Shown here in pieces: positions 54,541-64,000 of a DNA stretch of 64,000 nucleotides (within the stretch, counting starts at the first letter, position 1; each line of letters opens with the position of its first letter). The translations under genes and the position numbers were made by a program. The notes beneath the pieces are model-generated. The model saw only the letters and a program-made list of their open reading frames with translations. It did no database searches and was not told where the DNA came from. The stretch spans positions 1 to 64,000 of IMG/VR virus record IMGVR_UViG_3300045012_000181; one strand, given 5' to 3'. Origin of the DNA: a virus.

Positions 54541-54795
54541 ATGGCCGACTACAACACATTTATAGCAGGCTCTGGGGACTTCGAGCTCTCCAAGAGCTTC
54601 TCAGACTACAAGGTCTCCACAGAGACCAAGCCCTCCGGCGGACTGTCTTACAAAATAGCGGCCCGATTTACCTTCGACACCCCAATTGGCGAGGTGATTC
54701 CTTGGTTAGAGGCCGGCGGAACGATTAGTTTCACCCGAGATGGTCAGCCAAAGCGCATAGTACTGGAGACAATAGATGGGACTCAGGGGGCCTAA
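54541..54795 (+). CDS. hypothetical protein (first gene of the rightward arm)
   Basis: GGGAG RBS before ATG at 54541. Confidence 0.6.
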   Translation: MADYNTFIAGSGDFELSKSFSDYKVSTETKPSGGLSYKIAARFTFDTPIGEVIPWLEAGGTISFTRDGQPKRIVLETIDGTQGA

Positions 54796-55252
54796 GGCCC
54801 GAAATCAACAGGACTGGATGGTTCCAGTAGCGGAATTGATGATACAGGAGTTCATGAGCTTCAGTGCGGCGGCCCTGGCACTGGGCGTCAAGTTCGAAAA
54901 CACCGCAGATGAGCGCGGCATCCAGCACTCTGAGGCCTTCCAGAACATTCTGGATGCCCTGAGTTATAGGTTCTATGCCCGAATTGGTGACAATCCGCTT
55001 TTAACTAAGGGCGTACTGGCCGGCACACTGATGACAGCCATACGCCGGCTGGGCGAAATGGATCAGTGGGACAAGGTGGCCATGCCCGGCAAGCTCCTAG
55101 CTGACCTTATGGGCTGGACAGAGAAGGCCCCTGAGAATGAGAAGGTCATTGGGAACTTGACCCAAAGCGATATAGACAAGATTCGGGCCGACCTTAAAGC
55201 TCAAGAGGAACAGGCCAAGACCGTAGTCGTAGTGGATGGCACACCCAATTGA
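54776..55252 (+). CDS. candidate terminase small subunit
   Basis: Helical 158-aa protein shortly upstream of TerL; position-based inference only. Confidence 0.4.
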   Translation: MGLRGPKARNQQDWMVPVAELMIQEFMSFSAAALALGVKFENTADERGIQHSEAFQNILDALSYRFYARIGDNPLLTKGVLAGTLMTAIRRLGEMDQWDKVAMPGKLLADLMGWTEKAPENEKVIGNLTQSDIDKIRADLKAQEEQAKTVVVVDGTPN

Positions 55253-55671
55253 CAGACGAGGACCAAGAACTGTTAAAGATGGCTCAATTGCCTCTATGGT
55301 CTTGCAAAGGGTCTGCAGAGGAATGCGAAGATAGTTGGATGGCCTTCCTGGGTGCTACTCGTTGGAAGGGCAAATGGATTGGGGTGAATAGCCTACTCAA
55401 CTATGAGTGTAGCGTTTGTGGAGAACTTGGGCATACGTGGTGCATATAGATCTGAAGCACTGTGATGTCTGTGGGAAACCGTGGTTGGGTTATGGCAACG
55501 ATATCTGGGTTGTGTCTAGTAATTCAAACCCCAGACAGTATAGTGGGCACAAACGTTGTATACATCCTGAAGAGCCTGTGAGGGGCTGGAATGTTTTTAA
55601 TACTGATAGCAGCAGTGATTCTGATACGGGCCTTCCTGTTGGAGCCGGCCCCGAGAAGTAGGGGTTAGCCC

Positions 55672-57138
55672 GTGAAACTACCTGACGACCCCAAGCTGGC
55701 CTCGGCCATTCTCGACAGTATGGAGAAGAAGCGCCGGGATGAACGCTTTATATCCTACTGGCAGCCCTTCCCCTACCAAAAGAAGGCCTTTGACAAATTC
55801 CGTCCCGGTATCAAGATTCTAGTAGTGGCTGGTGGTAACCGTTCGGGCAAGACCGAGGTGGGCGCCGCCCTGACAATGGCCTTCGCCGAGGGCAAGGAGT
55901 ACTTCCGTGGCGATCCTGCATGGGATTGGGTCAAGGACCTGCCCATCCCAGACAAGCCCCGCCGAAATATCTGGATAGTCGGACTGGACTTCAAACTCCT
56001 CAAGGATGTCATCTGGCGGGAGAAGCTCCTGTCCGGGGCCAACCATCCGGGTTTCTTGCCCAAAGACGACTCCGTTGTCAATGTCCTCGAACGGGACATG
56101 CAAATCGAGTTTACAGACAATACAGCCATCACGGCCAAATCGGCGGATTCCGGTCGAGAGAAGTTTCAGAGCGCCTCGGTTGACCTCATTTGGATAGATG
56201 AGGAGTGCGATGCGGAAATTTTTGATGAATGCTATCAACGCACTGTTGATTGTGGTGGGGTCATTATTGTTACTGTCACACCTCTTATTGACATCAATAG
56301 CGGCGTCAAGACACCGTGGATCTACAACCTCTGGGAGGATATGAAGAATGGCCGGAAAGATATTGCCTTCGTCAACCTCTCAGTCCTCGATAATCCAATC
56401 GTCCCAGAAGCCGAAAAACAGAAACTCCTCGACAAGTGGAAGGGCCATCCGGAAGAGCGGGCCCGTCTTTTCGGTGAGTTCGTCCGACGCGCTGGACTCG
56501 TTTATCCTAACTTCGACCGGAAGGTGCATCTCAAGCGCACCAACCCACCTCCCGATTGGTATACTATCGTTAGCATTGATCCAGCGGCAACTGGACCGAC
56601 GGCTGCGCTGTGGGGACGTGTGGACCCCTCCGGCAACATCCACCTCTATAGAGAATACCTAGAGGCTGATTTACCCGTCTCCGAGCATGTGGCCAACATC
56701 AAGCTTAAGAACCGTGGTGACAAAGTCGACCTCTGGCTACTGGACCCCACATGGGGCTCTCAGCGAACGGCCGAGGCCCACAAAACGGGCCAGCAGCTTT
56801 ATAGAGATGCCGGATTGCCTGTAAGATTGGCCTGTGTAGATAGAGATTTTGGCCGATTAAATCTCTGGGAATATCTTCAGGGTACTGTTTTAGGTCCCGA
56901 GGGCCGGCAGCCCAAACTCTGGATTGACCCCTCTTTGCATGAATTCGTAGAAGAGATAGAACACTACATAGTGGATAGTTACCATTCCGGCCCGCTCAAG
57001 GGTCTGTCTAAGGATAGGCCTCGTAAGCGGGCCGACGATTTGATTAATGCCGCACAGTATATGGCGGCACAAAAGCCCCGGGGCCGTCTAAGAAGCGATC
57101 CCGATCAGGCCCCGCCTTCTGGTGGGAGTTATTTCTAA
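55672..57138 (+). CDS. terL: terminase large subunit
   Basis: Walker A GGNRSGKT, Walker B DLIWIDEE, TVTP coupling motif, RNase-H-like IDPAATG and DDLINAAQY. Confidence 0.95.
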   Translation: MKLPDDPKLASAILDSMEKKRRDERFISYWQPFPYQKKAFDKFRPGIKILVVAGGNRSGKTEVGAALTMAFAEGKEYFRGDPAWDWVKDLPIPDKPRRNIWIVGLDFKLLKDVIWREKLLSGANHPGFLPKDDSVVNVLERDMQIEFTDNTAITAKSADSGREKFQSASVDLIWIDEECDAEIFDECYQRTVDCGGVIIVTVTPLIDINSGVKTPWIYNLWEDMKNGRKDIAFVNLSVLDNPIVPEAEKQKLLDKWKGHPEERARLFGEFVRRAGLVYPNFDRKVHLKRTNPPPDWYTIVSIDPAATGPTAALWGRVDPSGNIHLYREYLEADLPVSEHVANIKLKNRGDKVDLWLLDPTWGSQRTAEAHKTGQQLYRDAGLPVRLACVDRDFGRLNLWEYLQGTVLGPEGRQPKLWIDPSLHEFVEEIEHYIVDSYHSGPLKGLSKDRPRKRADDLINAAQYMAAQKPRGRLRSDPDQAPPSGGSYF

Positions 57139-57293
57139 ATAAAATTTTAAAGCGAGGGGACGTGAGGGACTCACGAGTTTAGGCCACTTTTTAGAAAGTC
57201 CCTCCAATGGCCTAAAAGAAAGCAGCCCTCTATTACACGAACACTTCTGTCGCTAGATAAGCTGACAACAATGGGAAGAAAGCACATCAATAC

Positions 57294-58736
57294 TTGTCAC
57301 ACGAAATCACGATTCAATGGGACCCCTCCCCGGGAACCATCTCCGGATATAACGTTTATCGCGGAACCGTAAGTGGAAATGAAAGTAAGATTCCTCTTAA
57401 TGGTGGAACCCTTGTACCGCCAAGCCCTGCTCCGACTTTTGTAGATGTTACAGTTGCAGCGGGCGTCGTATACTATTACGAAATAACCGCAGTTCTTAAT
57501 GGCGTAGAAAGTCTGGATTCGGTGCAGGTAAAGTCTGTGCCCGTCCCGTTTTCTCCCTCCCCTAAGGCCATCACCTTGGGTATCGCTAGTAGCTTTGGCG
57601 TCTTGGCTGGCTCCACAGTCACCAATACTGGTCCTACTAGCGTCATTGGAGATGTGGGCGTCAGTCCTGGAACGAGTATTACAGGCTTCGGTGCACCGGC
57701 CTCTATTACTGGCGTTTTTCATGCCGGCGATTTTGTGGCTGCTGCTGCACAACAGGATCTTACAACGGCCTATAACGCCGCCGCTAGTGCTTTAAATCCC
57801 TCTGGCCTGTTTCCGGGAGTAACCACAAATTACGGGGTTACCTCGGTGGCCACAAGTACTGCGGGCGGAACGGCCCTCTATACAGGGACATTTCCTACTG
57901 GGGGCCTAAACGGCCAAAGCATCACTTTTTCAGGTTTTACGAATGCCTCTAATAATGGCACCTTCTTGGTTTCAGCCAGCACCATCACAACGGTCACGGT
58001 CAATAATAGTTTGGCTACTGCCGAGACCGCTACAGTCGTAGGCGCAGTTACTTCGGGTGGTGGCACAACGGCCGTTACATTGCCCGCGGATATCGGAGGT
58101 ATGACTCTAACGCCCGGTGTCTACAATGTGGCCTCAAGTCTGGCAATCACGGGAAATGCTATCTTGGATGCTCAAGGCAATCAGGATGCTGTTTTCATCT
58201 TTCAGATTGGTTCCACTTTAACAACGGCTGCTGGTAATAGCGGCGTCAGCTTGGCCGGTGGAGCTAGTGCCTCTAACATCTACTGGCAAGTCGGTTCAAG
58301 TGCCACACTGGGTGTGAATACGTCCTTCTCGGGTATCATTATGGCACAGGCCTCGATCACGGCCGGTCATGGTGCAACCATCAATGGCCAGTTACTGGCC
58401 CGAGTGGGTGCCGTCACACTGGACAGCAACGATGTTAGTTTGTTTATTCCAGGTGTCCTCAGGCTCTATGCCAGTAACACCCGATATGATGTTGGTAACA
58501 TCATCTTCGATTGTCCCACACATACCTTCCAAGAAGCCATCATAGGCGGCGTCACGTGTCCATCTTCACCAAGCTTTAATCCCACCATCGGTGGAACAAC
58601 GGCCGATTGCGGAGTGACTTGGTTGACACTGAATCCGCCAGTCGGGACACTCCTTCCACTTCCGCCTTCTCCGCCTAACGTCCCGCCCGTACCACCGGCG
58701 GCTCCTCTCAATCCTCGGATCACTTCCGAGGCCTGA
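57294..58736 (+). CDS. Fn3 + DUF3494 ice-binding-domain protein (no signal peptide)
   Basis: FGVLAGSTVTNTGPT...GDVGVSPGTSITGF, TLTPGVY, LDAQGNQDAVFIFQIGSTLTTA, NIYWQVGSSATLG, GQLLARVGAVTLDSN; N-terminal W...GYNVYRG Fn3 signature. Confidence 0.9.
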   Translation: MSHEITIQWDPSPGTISGYNVYRGTVSGNESKIPLNGGTLVPPSPAPTFVDVTVAAGVVYYYEITAVLNGVESLDSVQVKSVPVPFSPSPKAITLGIASSFGVLAGSTVTNTGPTSVIGDVGVSPGTSITGFGAPASITGVFHAGDFVAAAAQQDLTTAYNAAASALNPSGLFPGVTTNYGVTSVATSTAGGTALYTGTFPTGGLNGQSITFSGFTNASNNGTFLVSASTITTVTVNNSLATAETATVVGAVTSGGGTTAVTLPADIGGMTLTPGVYNVASSLAITGNAILDAQGNQDAVFIFQIGSTLTTAAGNSGVSLAGGASASNIYWQVGSSATLGVNTSFSGIIMAQASITAGHGATINGQLLARVGAVTLDSNDVSLFIPGVLRLYASNTRYDVGNIIFDCPTHTFQEAIIGGVTCPSSPSFNPTIGGTTADCGVTWLTLNPPVGTLLPLPPSPPNVPPVPPAAPLNPRITSEA

Positions 58737-58905
58737 ATACCCGACGCTCTCGGTAGCGCCAAAAGCGCGACCGGCGTTCTCATAAGTAATCCCTAGAATA
58801 TAGAGGCTTAACAGTATGAGGGCTCTGGAGCACTTCTGGTGCAGGTGGCGGCGTCTTAAACGGCACCGCCACCGGCATCACAGACGTTCGGCAAAAGGAG
58901 AATTA

Positions 58906-59202
58906 ATGCCAGCAACAATTCAAGTAGGTGGTCATGGTGCAACCTTCGTGTTCACGGAGTTCACTGGACCCAATGGCACGGGTTCCATAATTAATCCCGT
59001 TGGCGTAGTGGCCTACACTAGTTCAAATACCGGGGTAGGTACGGTAGATACTTCAGGCAATGTAAGTGCAGTGGCTCCTGGTACTTGTAATATCGTAGGA
59101 ACGGATCCGGGAAATGGCCTCACGGCCTCGGATGTTTTGACGGTTACGGCTTCGAGCATCGTGGCTCAAAGTGCTACTGGTGTCCTGACGGCTAATGCCT
59201 AG
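58906..59202 (+). CDS. Ig-like (Big_2) protein, probable virion accessory
   Basis: YTSSNTGVGTVDTSGNVSAVAPGT; AAGGAG RBS. Confidence 0.75.
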   Translation: MPATIQVGGHGATFVFTEFTGPNGTGSIINPVGVVAYTSSNTGVGTVDTSGNVSAVAPGTCNIVGTDPGNGLTASDVLTVTASSIVAQSATGVLTANA

Positions 59203-59276
59203 TTTTTAGTCATAGAACGCAAAAGGTGGGGGCCTCTAAACAGGCTCCCCTCTTAATGAAGCTAAGTGGAGGAAAG

Positions 59277-59462
59277 ATGTTCGAATTCGCAATTTTGTTT
59301 AGTCTCAAAAGCTACGCCATCGTCATCGCAGCCAGTGCTGTGGGTGGGGGCGTGTTGGGTTTTCTATTCGGGAATAAGGTGGAAGCAAAGGCCCAGGCTG
59401 AAGTTGCCAAGGCATCATCTGCTGTTAGTGGTATCACCGCAAGCGTTGCAAAAAAGCTGTGA
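59277..59462 (+). CDS. small membrane protein
   Basis: Single TM helix; GGAGG RBS. Confidence 0.55.
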   Translation: MFEFAILFSLKSYAIVIAASAVGGGVLGFLFGNKVEAKAQAEVAKASSAVSGITASVAKKL

Positions 59463-59764
59463 AAGTCTCAAACCAAAAGGCACTGGAACTACTGGAGAGC
59501 CTCCCGATGGACAAGGTTTCTAATGAGGCCAACTTCCTTGCGCCCCTGCACATCCGGGGGCGCTCAGTTAGCACGGAATACACCGATCCTGGCAACGTCA
59601 AACTTGAGCAGGCCAAGCGCCGGATTGCTGATGCCCTGGGCGCCGTCGGTCCCACGGACAACAACAATGTCTGGTACGAGGTTCAGTATGATAACAATAC
59701 GGGCGTGCACAAAATCAAGGGCACCCTCTTAAACGATAGCGTGCCCATCAAAGTGGTGAGTTAG
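59459..59764 (+). CDS. hypothetical protein
   Basis: GTGA-coupled ORF. Confidence 0.6.
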   Translation: MKVSNQKALELLESLPMDKVSNEANFLAPLHIRGRSVSTEYTDPGNVKLEQAKRRIADALGAVGPTDNNNVWYEVQYDNNTGVHKIKGTLLNDSVPIKVVS

Positions 59765-59788
59765 TGGAAAGTCCCGGGGGGATGCACG

Positions 59789-60052
59789 ATGGCGGAGTCG
59801 GAATTGAACCCTGGCAAATCCCCAAGTTCGGCGGTTCAGTCGGGGGCTCGGGCCGAGGAATTGGCCAAGGCGCTGGAGGTACTACTGCCGGTACTACCCA
59901 GGGAATTGGCTCTACAGGTGTTGGCGGAGTTTTCGCTACTGGAGATTGGCCCGGAGAAATGGCGCCTATGTGGCACCGGGGTCTCTACGGTGGATTTGGT
60001 GACAGAACAGGAAGCGCAACCTAATGGACCCCACAAACAATCCCAGTCTTAG
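59789..60052 (+). CDS. hypothetical protein
   Basis: Packed ORF. Confidence 0.45.
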   Translation: MAESELNPGKSPSSAVQSGARAEELAKALEVLLPVLPRELALQVLAEFSLLEIGPEKWRLCGTGVSTVDLVTEQEAQPNGPHKQSQS

Positions 60053-60473
60053 TATCCGACCCACGCGTTCGGAGATTCGCAAGAGCCAACTGGAAGACCT
60101 AAAGAAGCCCGGCTGGGTTGTAATCCTGCACACCGGTGAAATTATAACAAAGCCCGTAGACCCACAAGTGGAAGAGCCCTCTAAGTGAAAACCATCGTGG
60201 CCTTGCAAATTGGGGGCTTTGTGGCCAGTCTGGCTTGTTTGGCCATTCCGCACATACCGCACTGGGCCTTCATAGCGTGCTTTGGTATTCACGTCTTGGG
60301 TGATGTATTGTTTATTCGCAGAGAGGGCCTCCTATGAGTTTGCTTAGTGCATTCGAACAGAACGTCAAGCTAGCGCCCTGGTTGCAGTTCGTGGGCTACA
60401 TGCTGGCCTTTGGCGGGTTGGTTACTCGACATCCCATACTGGCCTATGTGGGCCTAGGCGTGAGCATGGCCGG

Positions 60474-60689
60474 TTGGTTGTACAAGAAAATCTATCCATG
60501 AGCGTCGAAATCAGTTTGGAAAATCGTATCGACCCCTTCGCCCCGAAATTTGAGGCCTGTAGCAAATGTGGCGGGAGATTGGCCCTTCGAGTAGAGAATA
60601 TGAGCAACGGCTCCCAGCACACAAGTCAAGTGTGCCGTAAGTGTGGCCATAAGGTTCTGACAGCGCGTGTAAACGTGATAAGGATTTGA
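60474..60689 (+). CDS. small Zn-ribbon protein
   Basis: CSKCGG...CRKCGH. Confidence 0.5.
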   Translation: MVVQENLSMSVEISLENRIDPFAPKFEACSKCGGRLALRVENMSNGSQHTSQVCRKCGHKVLTARVNVIRI

Positions 60690-61115
60690 GATGCGTGCCT
60701 CTAAAATTCCTGTTGTAAAGGTCTCCCGGGGTGGTGCCGTAGGAACGCCCGAGGACTTTGAAGCCCGGTATGACAAGCTCCGAAAGAAGGGCTCTGGACA
60801 AGTCAATCGGCCGGCGCCGCAGCCCAAACTCAAGCCCTTGGAGAATCCCTCTATGGGAGATCGGATGGCCGACTTTGGCATCGAGGAATAACAGATTCAA
60901 GAAGGCCCAGGAGCAGGCCTATGGCAGTGCGCAGGTCAATGAGCAGGGTGGTCCGGAGAACCCCTCTCAGATTCCCGTAGAGGAACTGCACAGCCGTTAT
61001 AGGGGCTTCAATGGCCGGGTCTCCACGGATGCCGCTTTCCATGGCGTGCGACGTAAAAACAATAGTCAGAATCCCAGCGTGGCCAAGTCCGAGACCCCTG
61101 AGACCGAGATGAAAA

Positions 61116-61352
61116 ATGGCGAACGGTAAGAACAATCCCAACAACCCGGCCGTGGCCAAACAACAACCCGCCCCAGCGGACCAACCTTGGAACCGTAGCA
61201 CCATGGAAATTGAGCCCTCGCCCGAAATGGATTCCCAGATCACACCGCAGGGCCGCTACAATGATAGGATTAAAATTTCGCCCATGAACGAACAGGGCGC
61301 CGCCACTAAGAGGGCTGTTAGGGGCTGGCCCGTGGGCCAGAAGAAGGCCTAA
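61116..61352 (+). CDS. hypothetical protein
   Basis: Packed ORF. Confidence 0.5.
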   Translation: MANGKNNPNNPAVAKQQPAPADQPWNRSTMEIEPSPEMDSQITPQGRYNDRIKISPMNEQGAATKRAVRGWPVGQKKA

Positions 61353-61365
61353 TGGAGGGTGTGTT

Positions 61366-61557
61366 ATGAAAGATTTTACAGCGTTGGAACTCACAGAGAT
61401 ATACACAAAAATTATCGACAGTTCCAGGTTCGCCATGCGTGAAACCACTATCGCGGCTGTATTGGAAGAGCTTTCCAACCGGGGCACCACCCCTGAAGAG
61501 CTTAGTGGACTGGACCGGGCCATTCGCGCCCGAGTACCTCTAGATGCCCGCGCATAA
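61366..61557 (+). CDS. hypothetical protein
   Basis: GGAGGG RBS. Confidence 0.55.
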   Translation: MKDFTALELTEIYTKIIDSSRFAMRETTIAAVLEELSNRGTTPEELSGLDRAIRARVPLDARA

Positions 61558-61786
61558 GCTTCCAGTTTATCCCAAGGACCATGCAGTCGGGAGCGTCGTG
61601 GCCGAAGGCGGTTCGATGTGCGCCAACTGCGAATACCTACGGGCCAATAATGTCTGCGCCCAGAAACTCTTTGTGCAGTGGAACGGCTCTTCCAAGATTC
61701 CAGCGCCCATCAAAAATTACTGCTGTGACTTTTGGGAAGTCAACCCACGAGTGTTGGATGTCAAGCTTGAGGATGTAGGCCTATGA
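61544..61786 (+). CDS. small Cys-rich protein (HiPIP-like Cys spacing)
   Basis: CANCEY...C...CCDFW. Confidence 0.55.
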   Translation: MPAHKLPVYPKDHAVGSVVAEGGSMCANCEYLRANNVCAQKLFVQWNGSSKIPAPIKNYCCDFWEVNPRVLDVKLEDVGL

Positions 61787-61945
61787 AGAAACTCCGGCCC
61801 CTGAATTTGCAGGAATGGCACGACAAAATCACAAAAGTTTTGGCCCAAAAAGCCAAGCGCCGGCTCTTAAGCCGGACCCCGAAGTAACACTGTGGACGAA
61901 GTCCACTTACTCAATAATCGAATAATCGTTATCGAAAGGAATTTA

Positions 61946-62236
61946 ATGTCCCATCAAGTAAATCTAGCTTGGACAGCCAGTACAGACCCCGTCACAGGCT
62001 ATAACGTTCTTCGAGGCACCACGGCTACCGGTCCATTTACCGTCGTGAATAGCACGCCCTTGGCCTCCACTGCAACGACCTACACCGACGTGGGGCCCTT
62101 TCCTAACTTGGGGCCTTTCTTCTATACGGCTCAGTCCCTGAATGGCTCTGAGACTTCGGTCGATAGCAACGTTACCGCTGCGGTGTTTCTTCCCCCCTTG
62201 CCACCGACGAATTTGCAAGTGGCTTCCGTTTCTTAA
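61946..62236 (+). CDS. fibronectin type III domain protein
   Basis: HQVNLAWTAS...GYNVLRG...YTD; paralogous to the N-terminus of 57294; AAGGA RBS. Confidence 0.8.
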   Translation: MSHQVNLAWTASTDPVTGYNVLRGTTATGPFTVVNSTPLASTATTYTDVGPFPNLGPFFYTAQSLNGSETSVDSNVTAAVFLPPLPPTNLQVASVS

Positions 62237-62320
62237 TAGCATGCTCAGTAGCTGGTGTTATTGTAGGTAAATCGGGAGGGCCTCTAAATGGGGCCCTTCT
62301 CATCTAAAGCGTGAGGGCTT

Positions 62321-62515
62321 ATGTCAAGAGAAGTTTATGATAATCCGTGTGATGCCGGAATGCATCGCTACTTTGTTATTACGGATGGCACAGTTGAGGG
62401 TCTGGAGACCATTAAGGTTTATTCCGTTATCGCCTGTACTGTATGTGCTGATAGCAGGCTTTTGGAGCACATCATGGTCAAGGATGCGGACAAGTTAACA
62501 CAAAAAGGAAAATAA
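62321..62515 (+). CDS. small Cys/His protein
   Basis: C...H...CTVC. Confidence 0.5.
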   Translation: MSREVYDNPCDAGMHRYFVITDGTVEGLETIKVYSVIACTVCADSRLLEHIMVKDADKLTQKGK

Positions 62516-62521
62516 AACTCC

Positions 62522-63190
62522 ATGAGTTCTCGTCAATCCACAGTTGCCACCAGCGTCAGCCAGAATGCCCTGCAGTATCAGGCGCCTAATGGCTTCGCCG
62601 TTGTTCAAAATGATATCGCTCTGTCTAACCAATCCGGAAATCCGGCTCTTAAAGGCATCGTTAGCGGTTTGGGTACTACGGCGGCCGCCACACAAACCCT
62701 ACCCATCCTTACTTCTTCGGGTGCCAATCATGGCCTCACTAGTTCGGGCACCACGGCCACTTGTACCTTGGGCTCGCCGCATGGCTATGCCATAGGCGCC
62801 GGCAGCATCACGGCTACTGTAAGTGCCAGCAATGCGGCCTATAACGTAACGGGTGCCACCGTGGCCTTCATAAGCCCTTATGCCTTCACCTATACGACTT
62901 CCGGTTCAAATTTGGCCGTCTCGGATGGCGGCACGGTTGTCATCACCACCCCGGCTTGGAGCACCACGCAGAGCGCCAATCAGGGCTTTAGCCCCCTGCC
63001 CGCCGGTACGGCCGTGGGAACCACGGGCCAGCCCTTCTATGGGGGCATCACGGGTACGACCTTTAATAGTGCCACCACGGGCACGATTGAAACTTGGGGC
63101 GATGGTACCTTCTGGGATCTGACCAACAACCGAGCCGTCAGTGTAAATGCCCTGGGTTTTGATCCGGCCTTCCAAGGGCACTCGGCCTAG
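62522..63190 (+). CDS. probable virion protein (Thr/Ser/Gly-rich beta), paralog of 63221
   Basis: Shares N- and C-terminal blocks with 63221. Confidence 0.65.
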   Translation: MSSRQSTVATSVSQNALQYQAPNGFAVVQNDIALSNQSGNPALKGIVSGLGTTAAATQTLPILTSSGANHGLTSSGTTATCTLGSPHGYAIGAGSITATVSASNAAYNVTGATVAFISPYAFTYTTSGSNLAVSDGGTVVITTPAWSTTQSANQGFSPLPAGTAVGTTGQPFYGGITGTTFNSATTGTIETWGDGTFWDLTNNRAVSVNALGFDPAFQGHSA

Positions 63191-63220
63191 TTCTAAGTCC
63201 AATAAAAAGGAAAATCAAAT

Positions 63221-63508
63221 ATGGCTTCGCGTCTTACAGCAGTTTCAACAAGTGTTAGTCAGAACGGCAACCAGTATGGTGCCGGTCAGGCCGGGGCTTC
63301 TCAGGTGGATATTTTCCTGAGCCCCGTGCCGGCGCTCAATTTGGGTTCGGCCCTTTCAAACGCCATCCTCGGAACAACCATTCGTGGTAATCTTGTCAGT
63401 ACCATCGAGTGCTGGTCTGATGGCGTTGTCTGGGACGTTACAAACACCCGTGCGCTTATTCCCAATTTGGATTACGATCCCAGTTTGCGGATGCGTTCCG
63501 GACTTTAA
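63221..63508 (+). CDS. probable virion protein, short paralog of 62522
   Basis: SVSQN..QY and TIE.W.DG..WD.TN.RA shared with 62522. Confidence 0.65.
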   Translation: MASRLTAVSTSVSQNGNQYGAGQAGASQVDIFLSPVPALNLGSALSNAILGTTIRGNLVSTIECWSDGVVWDVTNTRALIPNLDYDPSLRMRSGL

Positions 63509-63534
63509 AAATCTAACAATCCTGTGAGGGGAAT

Positions 63535-64000
63535 ATGTCAGAAGAAAGTAAAGCACCAGAATTTATCGGTGAAAGCCTTGAAAGTCTTTCTCCAGTAAAG
63601 AATAAAGTTGGTCTAATACTGGGTTTGCCTTTGGGTCGACAGGTGGTTCGTAGGGAATGGGCGCATGCCATGATGACAATTGGCTGGCCGCTTAACATAA
63701 CCATAATGCATAGCGTGGTTACGGATATGGCCATCTCGGATGCCCGGAACCTAATCTGTAAACAGGCACAAGAGGTTGGCGCCAAGTTTATTTGGTTCGT
63801 TGATGATGATACCGTTGTGCCCTCGGCCAGCATTCGAATGCTCATGTATCAGTTGGAACAGCATCCTGATGTATTGGCCATTGGCGGTATTTATTGTTGC
63901 AAGACCGAACCCACCCAGCCCATGGTCTTTGCGGACTTCGGTGCGGGTTCATACTGGGATTGGACCCTGGGCGAGACCTTCGAGTGCGCGGCCGTTGGAA
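63535..64000 (+). CDS. glycosyltransferase family 2 (partial; runs off the window end)
   Basis: Manual translation: DARNLICKQA...KFIWFVDDDTVVP...IGGIYCCK. Not in the ORF track. Confidence 0.85.
   Translation, partial: MSEESKAPEFIGESLESLSPVKNKVGLILGLPLGRQVVRREWAHAMMTIGWPLNITIMHSVVTDMAISDARNLICKQAQEVGAKFIWFVDDDTVVPSASIRMLMYQLEQHPDVLAIGGIYCCKTEPTQPMVFADFGAGSYWDWTLGETFECAAVG

Noticed and set aside
1-64000. Stop-codon reassignment (alternative genetic code)
   Set aside because: Conserved genes (rtcB, terL, Ro60, NAMPT-like) are full length in the standard code, and TAA, TAG and TGA all end genes. Only one isolated frameshift was found.

Overview
This is a 64-kb segment of a large tailed dsDNA phage genome (GC-rich by eye, standard genetic code). 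Positions 1-54.3 kb hold densely packed, often translationally coupled minus-strand early/accessory genes. At about 54.4 kb the strand switches to a plus-strand packaging/virion module with a terminase large subunit, Fn3/Ig-like proteins, a DUF3494 ice-binding protein and a GT2 glycosyltransferase. Recognisable accessory functions are: an ECF-type sigma factor (partial at the left edge, absent from the ORF track); a PD-(D/E)XK/Cas4-like exonuclease; a LAGLIDADG endonuclease; an expanded phiEco32-like amidoligase set (3 COOH-NH2 ligases, ATP-grasp, class II glutamine amidotransferase, 2 GGCTs, GNAT-like proteins); a truncated HisRS-like enzyme; peptide deformylase; RNA repair/quality control (RtcB, Rnl2-like ligase, Ro60); a NAMPT-like plus PRPP-synthetase-like pair (NARP1-like); a macrodomain; a lipase; and 2OG-Fe(II) oxygenases. 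The most striking signals are non-coding. Two about 600-nt ORF-poor, extensively base-paired regions (22.15-22.83 kb and 23.17-23.82 kb) look like large ornate ncRNAs interleaved with GNAT-like genes. A family of 6-7 Y-RNA-like genes sharing a conserved bulged stem lies directly upstream of Ro60. There is also a CUU-UAA +1 frameshift in a phosphoesterase gene and a dual-coding insert in the exonuclease. All protein family calls come from motif recognition by eye and all RNA helices from manual complementarity; no database searches or folding programs were run.
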